DNA from: Deltaproteobacteria bacterium
GTDB lineage: Bacteria > Desulfobacterota > Dissulfuribacteria > Dissulfuribacterales > Dissulfuribacteraceae
NCBI GenBank assembly: GCA_015494155.1
Contig: WGBU01000011.1
Location: 874 to 64,873 of the forward strand
Direction: 5' to 3'
DNA length: 64,000 nucleotides
The first letter of the stretch is position 1, and each line of letters opens with the position of its first letter. Made by a program: the position numbers and the translations under genes. Positions 8,789-18,132 of this stretch are shown here, piece after piece. The notes beneath the pieces were generated by a model, which made no database searches, was not told the DNA's origin, and saw only the letters and a program-made list of their open reading frames with translations.

Positions 8789-9655
8789 TTAAGTCTCCTT
8801 GACGTAAATCTTGTGTTCTCTACTAAAGAGGGTGAATTTTTCCCTCATATGTCCTGAAAGACCTTCTGCCTTACCTAGAACGAGAAAACCCTTTGGCCTC
8901 AAGGCCTGATAGACCTTGTGGAGCATGCGCGCCTTCATCTGGTCGTCATAGTATATGAGCACATTTCTGAGAAACACCATGTCGAACTCTGCAAATACAC
9001 CGCTAGGGGGCGAAGTGAATTCCTGTGTGGTGCAGTCAAACTGGAGGAAGAACACCATTTCTTTGAGGGATGGGGCCACTGCATAGAGTTCTTCTTCACT
9101 CGATTGTAGTCTAGTAAAATATGAGGGATATTCTACAAGGGCGCTGGCCACTGATTCTGGCGAATAAATGCCCCGCTGTGCCATCTTTATGGCCACAGGG
9201 TCCACATCTGAGCCAATGATCGTTGCCTCCACACCGTTTGCCCATGGTCTTTCCCTTTTGAATTCGAGAATGAGTATGCCTACGGAATATGCCTCTTCCC
9301 CAGTGGCACATGCGGCACACCAGACCCTCACAGGCCCCCTCTGTCTAAAAAGTTCTGGCAACACAGCATCCTTTATGGTGTGGAACACCTTGGGATCTCG
9401 AAAAAATTTACTCACCTTTATTGTGAGAGAATCAAACAGTCTTTGATATTCGGTTGGTTCTCGTTTGAGGAGCCTCAGATAGTCCTGTAAGGTATGGCAC
9501 CTGGTGAGAATGAGCCTCCTGTTTATACGGCGAAGGAGGGTCGTCTTCTTGAAGTGGGAAAAGGGGCACCCAGACCACTTCTCCATTAGGGAGACGATCT
9601 CATCGAGGGCATTCCTCTCATCATTGGCCATGGGTGAACAATATTCTCGGTACAT
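8789..9655 (-). CDS. cheR: CheR-type protein-glutamate O-methyltransferase
   Basis: 288 aa. A CheR N-terminal helical domain is followed by the SAM-binding motif VWCAACATGEEAYSVGILI. The alternative start M9 (9631) would shorten the overlap with the upstream gene. Confidence 0.85.
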   Translation of the reverse strand: MYREYCSPMANDERNALDEIVSLMEKWSGCPFSHFKKTTLLRRINRRLILTRCHTLQDYLRLLKREPTEYQRLFDSLTIKVSKFFRDPKVFHTIKDAVLPELFRQRGPVRVWCAACATGEEAYSVGILILEFKRERPWANGVEATIIGSDVDPVAIKMAQRGIYSPESVASALVEYPSYFTRLQSSEEELYAVAPSLKEMVFFLQFDCTTQEFTSPPSGVFAEFDMVFLRNVLIYYDDQMKARMLHKVYQALRPKGFLVLGKAEGLSGHMREKFTLFSREHKIYVKET

Positions 9656-10967
9656 ATTCTATGATCTCAGTTACTGTCCCCTCATCCATTTTCAAGAGGG
9701 CAAGTGTGTCTGTATCTAATATGTTGGACATGGTGTCGCACCCAAGACCAATACCTAGCATGTTACATATATAATTTGACACATGGACAATACCCACGAG
9801 TTCTTTTGAGTCATCTGTCTTGTGTGGTTCGTGATGGTATGAAATGGCCCTTACTAGGGCATTGGGTAGGCCCCATTCTTGGGCCACAAATTTCCCCAAT
9901 TCAGCATGGTCTGTTCCAAGGCACTCCTTTTCTGCCAAAAAGAAGGGGATCCTCTTTATTGATGCACTCATCTTAACAGTAATAAAGGTATTGGTAAAAT
10001 TTTGTTCTACCAAAATCTTGCCTATATCGTGCATCAAGGCAGCCAGATACGCCTCTTCTGGGTCTGCAATTGCCAGTCTGTCTGCCAAAAATTGGGACAG
10101 TTCAGCACAGGCTACTGCGTGGTGAAAGAAGGCCTGGTCATCGAGCTCGTAGCCTTTAAATGGCTTGCTGTATAGCCCTTTTATGCACGCCTGCATGACG
10201 ATCTTCTTAAACGTAGTAGTGCCCAGTAGGTTAATGGCATGGGATAGCTTGGTGATCTGGCGCTGTAGTCCATAGCGTGCAGAATTGACAATTCCGAGGA
10301 TGCGGCCACAGAGTACCTGGTCCTTTAATATGAGTTCTTCCAATTCCCTGAAGCATATATCGTCACCCCTTACCAGTTGAAGCGCCCTTATGGCCACATT
10401 GGAGTCTGGCTTAAGTTCACTCGCCATCTTTCTAAGGCTATTTTCATCCAGTCTTGGGGCCTTGGGGCGTGGTTCGTCTTTGTCCCCTATAAGACCTCCT
10501 TTTGCCCCCCTTGATCGTTTTATCTCCACCTCTCCTGTGGGAAGAGTCAACTTGAGTCTTCTTCCCACAGAGCCACCCACATCCATGGAAATAATTGGGA
10601 TCGCGTATGCATCTAGGATTTCCTTGGCCTTAATGGTGTTTCGTTTGCCGATATTGAGGTCTTGGATAGCCCCCTTTGTTACGATGTGGGCTCCGCCTGC
10701 CATGTGGGCGACAATCCCAGACATAGTGGCACCCTTTTCGAGCAGAGCATCAATGAGTGCTGGTATTGCACTTTGTGCATAGTAAAGAGGGGTCTCCTCC
10801 ATCTTGTGTGTGGGGCCAGAGGGGAGTAGCACATGTACTACTCCACCTGCCTGTGCATCCTGATCATAAAGGGCAAGCCCAATACAGGAGCCAAGCAGTG
10901 TCTCAAGCACTGCCTCCTCCCGGCAGGATACTACCATGTCTCCGGGTTCGATAAGTGTGTATTTCAT
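9621..10967 (-). CDS. CheD (chemoreceptor glutamine deamidase) fused to an HDOD domain
   Basis: The N-terminal ~155 aa show the CheD pattern (MKYTLIEPGDMVVS..LETLLGSCIGLALYD..GGVVHVLLP..MAGGAHIV..IGKRN..MDVGGSVGRRL). The C-terminal ~280 aa show the HDOD pattern (ILGIVNSARYGLQRQITKLSHAINLLG..HHAVACAEL..LMHDIGKIL). I start at ATG 10967; the track ORF begins at GTG 10991. Confidence 0.8.
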   Translation of the reverse strand: MKYTLIEPGDMVVSCREEAVLETLLGSCIGLALYDQDAQAGGVVHVLLPSGPTHKMEETPLYYAQSAIPALIDALLEKGATMSGIVAHMAGGAHIVTKGAIQDLNIGKRNTIKAKEILDAYAIPIISMDVGGSVGRRLKLTLPTGEVEIKRSRGAKGGLIGDKDEPRPKAPRLDENSLRKMASELKPDSNVAIRALQLVRGDDICFRELEELILKDQVLCGRILGIVNSARYGLQRQITKLSHAINLLGTTTFKKIVMQACIKGLYSKPFKGYELDDQAFFHHAVACAELSQFLADRLAIADPEEAYLAALMHDIGKILVEQNFTNTFITVKMSASIKRIPFFLAEKECLGTDHAELGKFVAQEWGLPNALVRAISYHHEPHKTDDSKELVGIVHVSNYICNMLGIGLGCDTMSNILDTDTLALLKMDEGTVTEIIEYVPRILFTHGQ

Positions 10968-11009
10968 TTTTTGATGGGTGCACGCACCCAACTACCGTGA
11001 ACGCCGTGG

Positions 11010-11213
11010 TCACCCACAAGACTCGAGGTGCGCCATCTTCTTTTTGTATTCCTCGTAAGAGATTTCACCATTTATATATCTTCTATGCACCTTCTTTTTC
11101 GGATCTTCAAGGAATTTTTTTAAAAAATTTTTTTCTTTTGTGAGGAACAGTACAAAGATGATGACAACGAGTCCAAAGAACACTAAGACGCTCTGTAGAT
11201 CACTCATGGCCAA
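11010..11213 (-). CDS. Small membrane protein with a SHOCT-like C-terminal motif
   Basis: 67 aa with one TM (VLVFFGLVVIIFVLFL). The tail RRYINGEISYEEYKKKMAHL resembles the RYARGEI-EEEY SHOCT motif. Confidence 0.5.
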   Translation of the reverse strand: MAMSDLQSVLVFFGLVVIIFVLFLTKEKNFLKKFLEDPKKKVHRRYINGEISYEEYKKKMAHLESCG

Positions 11214-11338
11214 GACTCCATGTGGGATGCAAAATGATTCGTTATTGTACCAACTTTTAGGAGGTGTGGCAAACTTGTCAAACTCCTCTCTCTGGTGCTA
11301 TAAAAATGGTTAATAAAAATTTTATTGGGGGCGCTGGT

Positions 11339-11785
11339 ATGGTTCTCTCTGCAGGGGTCATTGTAGTTAGAAGGGAGGATGGAAAGTGGTATTACCTCCT
11401 CCTTCGGGCATTTGGGTATTGGGATTTTCCAAAGGGAATTGTGGAAGAGGGTGAAGATCCCCTAGATGCAGCCATTCGCGAGGTGGAGGAAGAGACTGGG
11501 ATAAACGACCTAACCTTCCACTGGGGACCTGTCTATAAGGAGAGTGCCCCTTACCTTGGTGGGAGAAAGAAGGCTAGGTATTATGTGGCAGAGACCAAGA
11601 CCAAAGATGTGGAGCTCAGGGTGAATCCAGAACTAGGACATCCAGAACACGACGCCTATAGGTGGGTAGATTTTGATGAAGCTATGGCCATGCTTGCAGA
11701 ACGGGTAAAGCCATGTATCACATGGGCCCGTGATCTGATCGAATCCCAGCCCCCAGGAGGCCAAGATATGGATGAAGGCAGATAA
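11339..11785 (+). CDS. NUDIX hydrolase (Ap4A-hydrolase-like)
   Basis: The Nudix box is GYWDFPKGIVEEGEDPLDAAIREVEEETGI. I prefer ATG 11339, which has GGGGG 8 nt upstream and a TTGTCA-18-TATAAA promoter-like element at 11273-11302. The track ORF starts at 11264. Confidence 0.75.
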   Translation: MVLSAGVIVVRREDGKWYYLLLRAFGYWDFPKGIVEEGEDPLDAAIREVEEETGINDLTFHWGPVYKESAPYLGGRKKARYYVAETKTKDVELRVNPELGHPEHDAYRWVDFDEAMAMLAERVKPCITWARDLIESQPPGGQDMDEGR

Positions 11786-12659
11786 AGACTGGGACCTCCC
11801 TTAAGACCTTTTTCATGCGCCCCTTATCTTCAAAAAAGTCTCGAAATCCAAGGTCCAAAAAGGCCTCTTTGATCTTTGGGGCAATGCCTCCAGCAATGTA
11901 CACACCACCAAAGGCGAGAGTCTTTAGGGCGAGATTTGCTGCCTCCCTGGCATAGGCCCTTATAAAGAGCCTCACGCACTTAAGTGCAGTGTCTTCTCCC
12001 CTTACAAGCGCCCTTTCTACCACCTCTTTTGGGGTAATGACTTCCCCCTTAAAGTACTCATACGTATGTTGGATGCCAGGCCCAGAGACCACCCTCTCCA
12101 CACTCACATGGCCAAACCTCTTCTGGAGGAACTTATAAAGGCCCCATTCATCCTCATCCATTGGCGAAAAGTCTGTGTGGCCACCCTCTGTGGGGAGGAT
12201 GTGAAACCCCTTTGTCTCACAAGGGACGATGATGGCCTCGCCAAGTCCTGTCCCTGCCCCCAACACGCACCGTGTGCCCTCTCTGGGCCTTACACCGCCC
12301 AACTCAAAGAGTTCCTCTTTTTTTAGGGCAGTGACCCCCCACGCCGCTGCCTCAAAGTCGTTCAATAGATAGACCCTGGCGCCCATCTCCTCTTTAAGGG
12401 CCTTTGCATCTATGGTCCAGGGAAGGTTGACACCTCGTGCCACACCATCCTCCACTGTTCCTGCTACCCCAATGGAAAGACAATTTACCTCGTTGCTCTC
12501 AAGACCACGTTCTCTTATATAGGTCTTTAGGATCGCCTCAAAACTCTCGAACCCAGACGATGGCCAGACACGCACTGCCTCAAGTTCCCTATTGGCGTAT
12601 TGGGCGAGTCTTGAGTTAGTCCCCCCTATGTCTGCCACAATGGTCAAGGCCATCTTCAC
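11718..12659 (-). CDS. glk: Glucokinase
   Basis: 313 aa. The N-terminus is ADIGGTNSRLA, followed by GAGTGLGEA and a GGIAPKI..LLGAG tail typical of the Glk family. Confidence 0.8.
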   Translation of the reverse strand: MKMALTIVADIGGTNSRLAQYANRELEAVRVWPSSGFESFEAILKTYIRERGLESNEVNCLSIGVAGTVEDGVARGVNLPWTIDAKALKEEMGARVYLLNDFEAAAWGVTALKKEELFELGGVRPREGTRCVLGAGTGLGEAIIVPCETKGFHILPTEGGHTDFSPMDEDEWGLYKFLQKRFGHVSVERVVSGPGIQHTYEYFKGEVITPKEVVERALVRGEDTALKCVRLFIRAYAREAANLALKTLAFGGVYIAGGIAPKIKEAFLDLGFRDFFEDKGRMKKVLREVPVFICLHPYLGLLGAGIRSDHGPM

Positions 12660-13729
12660 ATTCTAATATGCTCTGAAAGCCCCTTGGTCAGGTCGAGAAC
12701 CCGTTCTGCCAACTCCTCACTCAGAAGCCCTGTCCCGCAACTTGGCGTAATAAGGCTTGAGCGGACGATCTCCTCCCTTGTAAGGCCAAGGGCCTTTTGG
12801 GCCTCAAAGAATCTATTGGCGAGATCCTCCACGCTCGCATCCACTATATCGTCTTCCCTCTGGGTGGGGACGAGTCCCCATGCAATTACTCCACCCCGCT
12901 CAAGAAAGCCCAGTATCTCATCCTTAAATATGAGGAATCGGTCGAGGTATCCAAATGCATCGAAGCTAATAATATCTAGCTCAAGTACTGGGTCCAAGAG
13001 GAGGGACCACTCTGTATTGGCGCACACATGGATTCCACAAAGTGCATCTGCCTGGTGCACCTCGTCGATTACGGACTTTAAGTCCTTTTGTACCTCTTCA
13101 CGCTTCATTCCCACCATGGTGGACGAGCCAAAGCCGGCAAGTGCTGGTTCATCCAAAAAGACAATGGCACGATCGGCCCTTTCCCTGAGCTTCTTGGCCT
13201 GAAATGCCGCCTTTAGCCCCACCCCTTGGACAATGGCCTCTTTGAGCTGTGGGTTGTAGTAGGTGAGCCTTCCATCCTTCTCTTTTAGACCAGTTAGGAG
13301 GGTAAAGGGCCCTGTGATCTGGCCCTTGAGGGCATATGGAGGTGGGTTGAGCCCCTCAACCTTTTTCAAAAAGATGAAAAGACCCGGGGCGCGTTCCTTA
13401 GAGATGGCGAATATGGAGTCCTCAATGGCCTTAGCACCCTCTTTTACTGCAAGGTATTCCTCAAAAAAGGCGAGAAAGTCCTGTTCAAATGTGGGTGAAT
13501 TCGTGTCGAAATAGATGGACCCACCTTCTTCGTCCTCTACGAGCCCTGGAAAGCCCTCTACAAATTGGGTGAGCAGACGCTCTTTGGGATACTTGGGGAG
13601 TTGGACCCATATGGGGCAATCCTCCATATACTTTAGCACAAGGTCTTGGGCGGTCTCATGGTCTCTGTGGGGGAGGCTCCCTATGAGGGTGGCCATCGCC
13701 CCTGGTCTAAAATTATCTAAAGGTGCCAT
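12656..13729 (-). CDS. MetE-C-terminal-like (core-MetE type) zinc methyltransferase-family protein
   Basis: 357 aa. FLDEPALAG matches the MetE IDEPAL motif, and HVC...SCGTG matches the MetE HxC/C zinc ligand pattern. The function is not established. Confidence 0.5.
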   Translation of the reverse strand: MAPLDNFRPGAMATLIGSLPHRDHETAQDLVLKYMEDCPIWVQLPKYPKERLLTQFVEGFPGLVEDEEGGSIYFDTNSPTFEQDFLAFFEEYLAVKEGAKAIEDSIFAISKERAPGLFIFLKKVEGLNPPPYALKGQITGPFTLLTGLKEKDGRLTYYNPQLKEAIVQGVGLKAAFQAKKLRERADRAIVFLDEPALAGFGSSTMVGMKREEVQKDLKSVIDEVHQADALCGIHVCANTEWSLLLDPVLELDIISFDAFGYLDRFLIFKDEILGFLERGGVIAWGLVPTQREDDIVDASVEDLANRFFEAQKALGLTREEIVRSSLITPSCGTGLLSEELAERVLDLTKGLSEHIRM

Positions 13730-13763
13730 GCCTATTGCTCCTTTCTCGATGATGGCCCATTTG

Positions 13764-15284
13764 CTAGGGCTTGTAGACGATCTCGTACTGTTCTACGTGT
13801 AGTTCTGGCCTTGATACTATGGTGATGGACTTTTTCAAGAAGTCCTCCAGATACTCCAGATGGTGTGCCTCATGATTGAGCACGAGGTCGCCCACCCTGG
13901 GGTGAACATGGATCTCGATCTCAGAACAGTTTGCCCACCTTGCCTCGCTTTTAACACGCCTAAAGATGTCGTAGGCCATAGTGCGTCGCGACCGCAATAT
14001 GCCCTCTCCTTCACAGTAGAAACATGGTTCACTCATGATGCGCGACAGGCTGTCGCGATTTCGCTTTCTCGTCATCTGGATGAGGCCTATCTCCGACATC
14101 TTGAGTATGTTGGTCTTACACTTGTCCTTGCTCACGGCCTTTGAAAGGGCCTTGAAGACCTCTTCCCTGTGGGTGGGATTTTCCATGTCAATAAAATCTA
14201 TTATGATGATCCCACCTATGTTCCTGAGCCTCAACTGGTAGGCGATCTCCTTCACTGCCTCGAGATTGGTCTTTAAGATGGTGTCTTCTAGGTGGCGTTT
14301 CCCTACATATTTACCAGTATTCACATCTATTGCAGTGAGGGCCTCTGTGCTCTCTATTACGATGTAGCCCCCAGATTTGAGCCACACCTTTTTCCCCAGG
14401 ACCTTTGTAAGCTCCATCTCTATGCCAAAGGCCTCGAAGATGGGCTGTGGATAGTCGTAATACTCTACCCTTGGCCTGAGTTCATGGCAGAAGTTGTCCA
14501 CAAACTCTACGATCCTGGCATAGGCGGTCTCAGAGTCCACCACTAGGCGCTTTACATCCCCTGTGAATAGGTCCCGTACTGCTCTAAGCGTTATGTCCAG
14601 GTCCTCATATATGAGCCCAGGTACCTGGATGGAGGAGGCCTTTTTCTGGATATTTTCCCAGAGCTTTATGAGGAATTCCATCTCGCTCTGTATGTCTATG
14701 GCACTTGTACCCTCACTTGCAGTCCTAGCAATGAACCCGAGCCCCTGTGGCCTCAGGGCCTCAATGAGGTCCCTTAACCGCTTTCTCTCCTTTTCGTCCT
14801 TGATCCGCCTGGATATGCCCACGTGGTTCATAGTGGGCATGAGTACGAGATACCTCCCTGGAAGCGATATGTGAGACGTGACCCTGGCGCCCTTGGTCCC
14901 CAAAGGGCCCTTGGAGACCTGTACCAGGATCTCTTGGCCATTGTGAAGGAGGTCTTCGATGCGAAATGGGGGGGCCTCGTAGTGGAGCGGATGCTCTTCC
15001 TCCTCTTCCAGAAATTCATAGTCTGCTCGACCTAGCATCATCTCGAACTCTGGCAGGTGGTCGTATATGTCGGTGACATATAGGAAGGCAGTGCGCTGGA
15101 GCCCTATCTCTACAAAGGCAGCCTGCATCCCAGGTAGTACCCGTACCACCTTACCCTTGTAGATATTCCCCACATAGCCCCGCTCTGCCTCGCGTTCCAC
15201 ATGGAATTCCACTACAGTCCCATTTTCCAGCAGTGCCACCCGTGTCTCCCAGGGCTCTACATTTATGATGAGTTCACTTGCCAT
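13764..15284 (-). CDS. rng: Ribonuclease G/E family endoribonuclease
   Basis: 506 aa. The S1 domain reads GNIYKGKVVRVLPGMQAAFVEIG and the catalytic core reads GGIIIIDFIDM. The ATG overlaps the ftsK stop (ATGA). Confidence 0.85.
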   Translation of the reverse strand: MASELIINVEPWETRVALLENGTVVEFHVEREAERGYVGNIYKGKVVRVLPGMQAAFVEIGLQRTAFLYVTDIYDHLPEFEMMLGRADYEFLEEEEEHPLHYEAPPFRIEDLLHNGQEILVQVSKGPLGTKGARVTSHISLPGRYLVLMPTMNHVGISRRIKDEKERKRLRDLIEALRPQGLGFIARTASEGTSAIDIQSEMEFLIKLWENIQKKASSIQVPGLIYEDLDITLRAVRDLFTGDVKRLVVDSETAYARIVEFVDNFCHELRPRVEYYDYPQPIFEAFGIEMELTKVLGKKVWLKSGGYIVIESTEALTAIDVNTGKYVGKRHLEDTILKTNLEAVKEIAYQLRLRNIGGIIIIDFIDMENPTHREEVFKALSKAVSKDKCKTNILKMSEIGLIQMTRKRNRDSLSRIMSEPCFYCEGEGILRSRRTMAYDIFRRVKSEARWANCSEIEIHVHPRVGDLVLNHEAHHLEYLEDFLKKSITIVSRPELHVEQYEIVYKP

Positions 15285-17497
15285 CAGATATCGCTGTATC
15301 CTTTCACCAGCACCTGTCTACGTCCCATGGAGTCTGCGGGACTGACGATCCCGTCCCGTTCCATCTGTTCTATCATGCGGGCAGCGCGATTATAGCCCAC
15401 CCTGAGCCTCCTTTGTATCATGGAAATGGACGCCTGACCAGACTGGGTGACGATATCGATGGCCTGGTCATAGAGAGCATCCTTGAAGTCTCCCTTGCCA
15501 CCAACATGGTCTGAATCGTCCTCTTCCTGGTCTTTGGGCTCGGTGACGCTGAGATCGTAATTGGGGCTCCCCTGGCCACGCCAGAAGTCTGTAACTGCCT
15601 TTATCTCTTCTTCTGAGCAGTAGGCGCCATGGATGCGCTCTAGGTTGGATGAGCCTGGTGGGAGAAAGAGCATGTCTCCAAGGCCTAGTAGCCTCTCTGC
15701 CCCTCCAGTGTCGAGGATCGTGCGCGAGTCCACCTTGGACGACACCTTGAAAGACAACCTTGCAGGGAAGTTTGCCTTTATGAGCCCTGTCAACACATCC
15801 ACACTGGGCCTCTGGGTAGCCACTATGAGGTGTATACCTGCGGCCCTGGCCATCTGGGCGAGCCTTGCTATGGCGCCCTCTACCTCCTTTGAAGAGACCA
15901 TCATGAGGTCTGCAAGCTCGTCTATTATTATCACAAGATAGGGAAGCTCTCTCCTTTCTTCCTCCTCTCCATTTTTCAGTGCCCCCTCTTTACGGATCTT
16001 CTTGTTGTATGTGTTTATGTTTCTTGAGCCAGTGGACTCGAGTAGCTCGTAGCGCCTCTCCATCTCTTGGACTGCCCAACGGAGTGCCTGGGTGGCCTCT
16101 TTGGGATTACTCACCACAGGGTGGAGCAGGTGGGGTATCCCATCGTAGAGGGAGAGTTCAATCCTCTTAGGATCTACCATGAGGAGCCTCAGATCTGTGG
16201 GGAGGTGCCTAAAAAGGAGGCTACAGATCATGGCATTTAGACCAACGCTCTTCCCAGTACCTGTGGCACCTGCAATGAGAAGGTGTGGCATCTTTGCGAG
16301 ATCCGTTATCACTGGTTCGCCTATCACGTCCTTTCCCAGTGCCAGGGGCAGCACCCACCTCTTCTCTCTGAATATGTCTGAACTGAGTATCTCCTTTAGA
16401 TAGACAATGTGCCTCTTTTGATTGGCAAGTTCGATCCCTATTACAGACTTTCCAGGTATTGGGGCGACTATGCGAACACTATGAGACTTTAGGGCCAGGG
16501 CAATGTCGTCCTGTAACGAGGCCACCTTGTTGATCTTTACACCTGGGGCAGGGCTGAATTCGTACATGGTGACCACAGGCCCTGGACATATCTCTACTAC
16601 CTTGCCTTTGACCCCGAAATCGAGGAGTTTTTGTTCGAGCACCCTGGCATTTTCATAAAATTGTTCCTCGTCAAGCTCCATCTCCACATCTGGAGGGTCT
16701 TTGAGTAGGTCTAGGTGGGGGAGCACAAAGCTACCCTCAACGGCCTGTGTCACTGGAAAGTGCTCTGATTTTTGGTCGGTATCTCCTCCCTGCTGTCCTC
16801 GGTTTGCCCTGGACGATGTCCACTTGGGGTCTGCTATCCTGGGAAGCGTTTGATCTTCAATCTGTTCATCTCTTTCTTCCATCTCGGTCTTCTTACCTCT
16901 GGGGCGGCCTTTTTTGGTATTGATCCTATCCTTCTTTATAGAGAGCTCTTCCTCTTCTCTCCTTGTAAAGAGTGAAATCAGGTGCTCAAATTCAAGGGTC
17001 GTCCCAATCATTATGCCAGAGACCATTGAGAATATAGAAAGTAGTACCACCCCCCCAACGCCTATCCATGTGACGAAAAAGTCCTTTAAATGTCGGCCTA
17101 AAAGCCCTCCAGGGGCCTCCCCTAAGAAGGTGTCATTGAAGAAGGCGAGACCCGTGGCAGCCCCAACCATGAAGAGCACAAGGCCTGCCCACAGATGGAG
17201 GTTAGAGGGTATGAAGGCCCTTGAGGCCTCAAAGAGGCCAAAGGCCGAGAGGAGGAGCGCCAACGGGAAGGCCCACGCCACTAGCCCAAAGAGGCTTATG
17301 AGAAAATCTGCCATGCTCGCTCCCACAGGCCCCATGAGATTTTCGCTGGGGCCAAGGGGATATGCAGTGAGCGAAGGGTCCTTTGGTGTATATGTGGCAA
17401 GGGACAGGGCCAGGAAGATGGCCCCAACCACTAGGAGTAGGCAACTGAATTCACGCTTAATGAAATGCGGATTTTTTACATCCTGGCTATTGGCCAT
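15284..17497 (-). CDS. ftsK: DNA translocase FtsK
   Basis: 737 aa with N-terminal TM helices. Walker A is GATGTGKS and Walker B is IIIDELADLM. The gamma winged helix reads ISMIQRRLRVGYNRAARMIEQME. Confidence 0.9.
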   Translation of the reverse strand: MANSQDVKNPHFIKREFSCLLLVVGAIFLALSLATYTPKDPSLTAYPLGPSENLMGPVGASMADFLISLFGLVAWAFPLALLLSAFGLFEASRAFIPSNLHLWAGLVLFMVGAATGLAFFNDTFLGEAPGGLLGRHLKDFFVTWIGVGGVVLLSIFSMVSGIMIGTTLEFEHLISLFTRREEEELSIKKDRINTKKGRPRGKKTEMEERDEQIEDQTLPRIADPKWTSSRANRGQQGGDTDQKSEHFPVTQAVEGSFVLPHLDLLKDPPDVEMELDEEQFYENARVLEQKLLDFGVKGKVVEICPGPVVTMYEFSPAPGVKINKVASLQDDIALALKSHSVRIVAPIPGKSVIGIELANQKRHIVYLKEILSSDIFREKRWVLPLALGKDVIGEPVITDLAKMPHLLIAGATGTGKSVGLNAMICSLLFRHLPTDLRLLMVDPKRIELSLYDGIPHLLHPVVSNPKEATQALRWAVQEMERRYELLESTGSRNINTYNKKIRKEGALKNGEEEERRELPYLVIIIDELADLMMVSSKEVEGAIARLAQMARAAGIHLIVATQRPSVDVLTGLIKANFPARLSFKVSSKVDSRTILDTGGAERLLGLGDMLFLPPGSSNLERIHGAYCSEEEIKAVTDFWRGQGSPNYDLSVTEPKDQEEDDSDHVGGKGDFKDALYDQAIDIVTQSGQASISMIQRRLRVGYNRAARMIEQMERDGIVSPADSMGRRQVLVKGYSDI

Positions 17498-18041
17498 TTA
17501 CCTTTTTCTCAAAGCAGTTCCAGTCAAATTTTTCTGCCATCTTTAAGACCTCGTCGGGTTTCATCTTGGTACCCACAAAATTGAGCATGGCGCCGTTGGG
17601 GTCCTTCTCTCCCCCAGGCTGTTTAAGTATTATGCTTACGGTGCTGGCGTCCTCCTGTTTATCGTGGGCTATTGTCACGGTCTTGCCCTTTATGGTCTTC
17701 ATCTTCACAGAACCCTCTGAGGTCTCCATCTCAAAATCGCCCTCTAGGTTTGGCTGAGTCATGCCAGGGAAGGCCCCAGAGGTGAAGCTCACCTGTAACT
17801 CCTTTTCCCCTTTTGTATATTGTGTGTTCGCAGATACCATGTTCATGCCAGCATAGTTCATGCTCATGCCCTCCACCTTGCCCTTTTGCCAACCAGGGAG
17901 GTCTACAAAACAGGTCTTATAGACCTCAAATCCCCCAGCAGACGAGAGGGAGGGCATGAGAATGGAGAATGCCAACAGGGTTAAGACGAGATTTGCGATC
18001 TTTTTCTCATACCACTTGAACTTCATGCCAAATTTAATCAT
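17487..18041 (-). CDS. Exported protein of unknown function
   Basis: 184 aa with a signal-anchor (ANLVLTLLAFSILMPSLSSAGG) and no recognisable family. Its 3' end overlaps the ftsK start by 11 nt. Confidence 0.5.
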   Translation of the reverse strand: MIKFGMKFKWYEKKIANLVLTLLAFSILMPSLSSAGGFEVYKTCFVDLPGWQKGKVEGMSMNYAGMNMVSANTQYTKGEKELQVSFTSGAFPGMTQPNLEGDFEMETSEGSVKMKTIKGKTVTIAHDKQEDASTVSIILKQPGGEKDPNGAMLNFVGTKMKPDEVLKMAEKFDWNCFEKKVNGQ

Positions 18042-18132
18042 ATTGAACCTCCATTTTCATTTTTTAATTGGGGTAACTTTAGGGTCAAAGGACCTGTTCG
18101 TAAAGAGGAACATTATAGGAGAGTGACAATTT

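Noticed and set aside
11718-11785. 68-bp convergent 3' overlap between the NUDIX hydrolase and glk genes
   Set aside because: Both C-terminal tails extend about 22 aa beyond their conserved domains, so one or both stops may be fortuitously late. This is plausible but unremarkable, and I found no structured element in the overlap.
16914-17546. 210-aa plus-strand ORF antisense to ftsK
   Set aside because: It lies entirely inside a gene with unmistakable FtsK motifs on the other strand. The translation is low-complexity (Ser/Pro/Lys/Arg-rich) with no motif. It is a typical shadow ORF.
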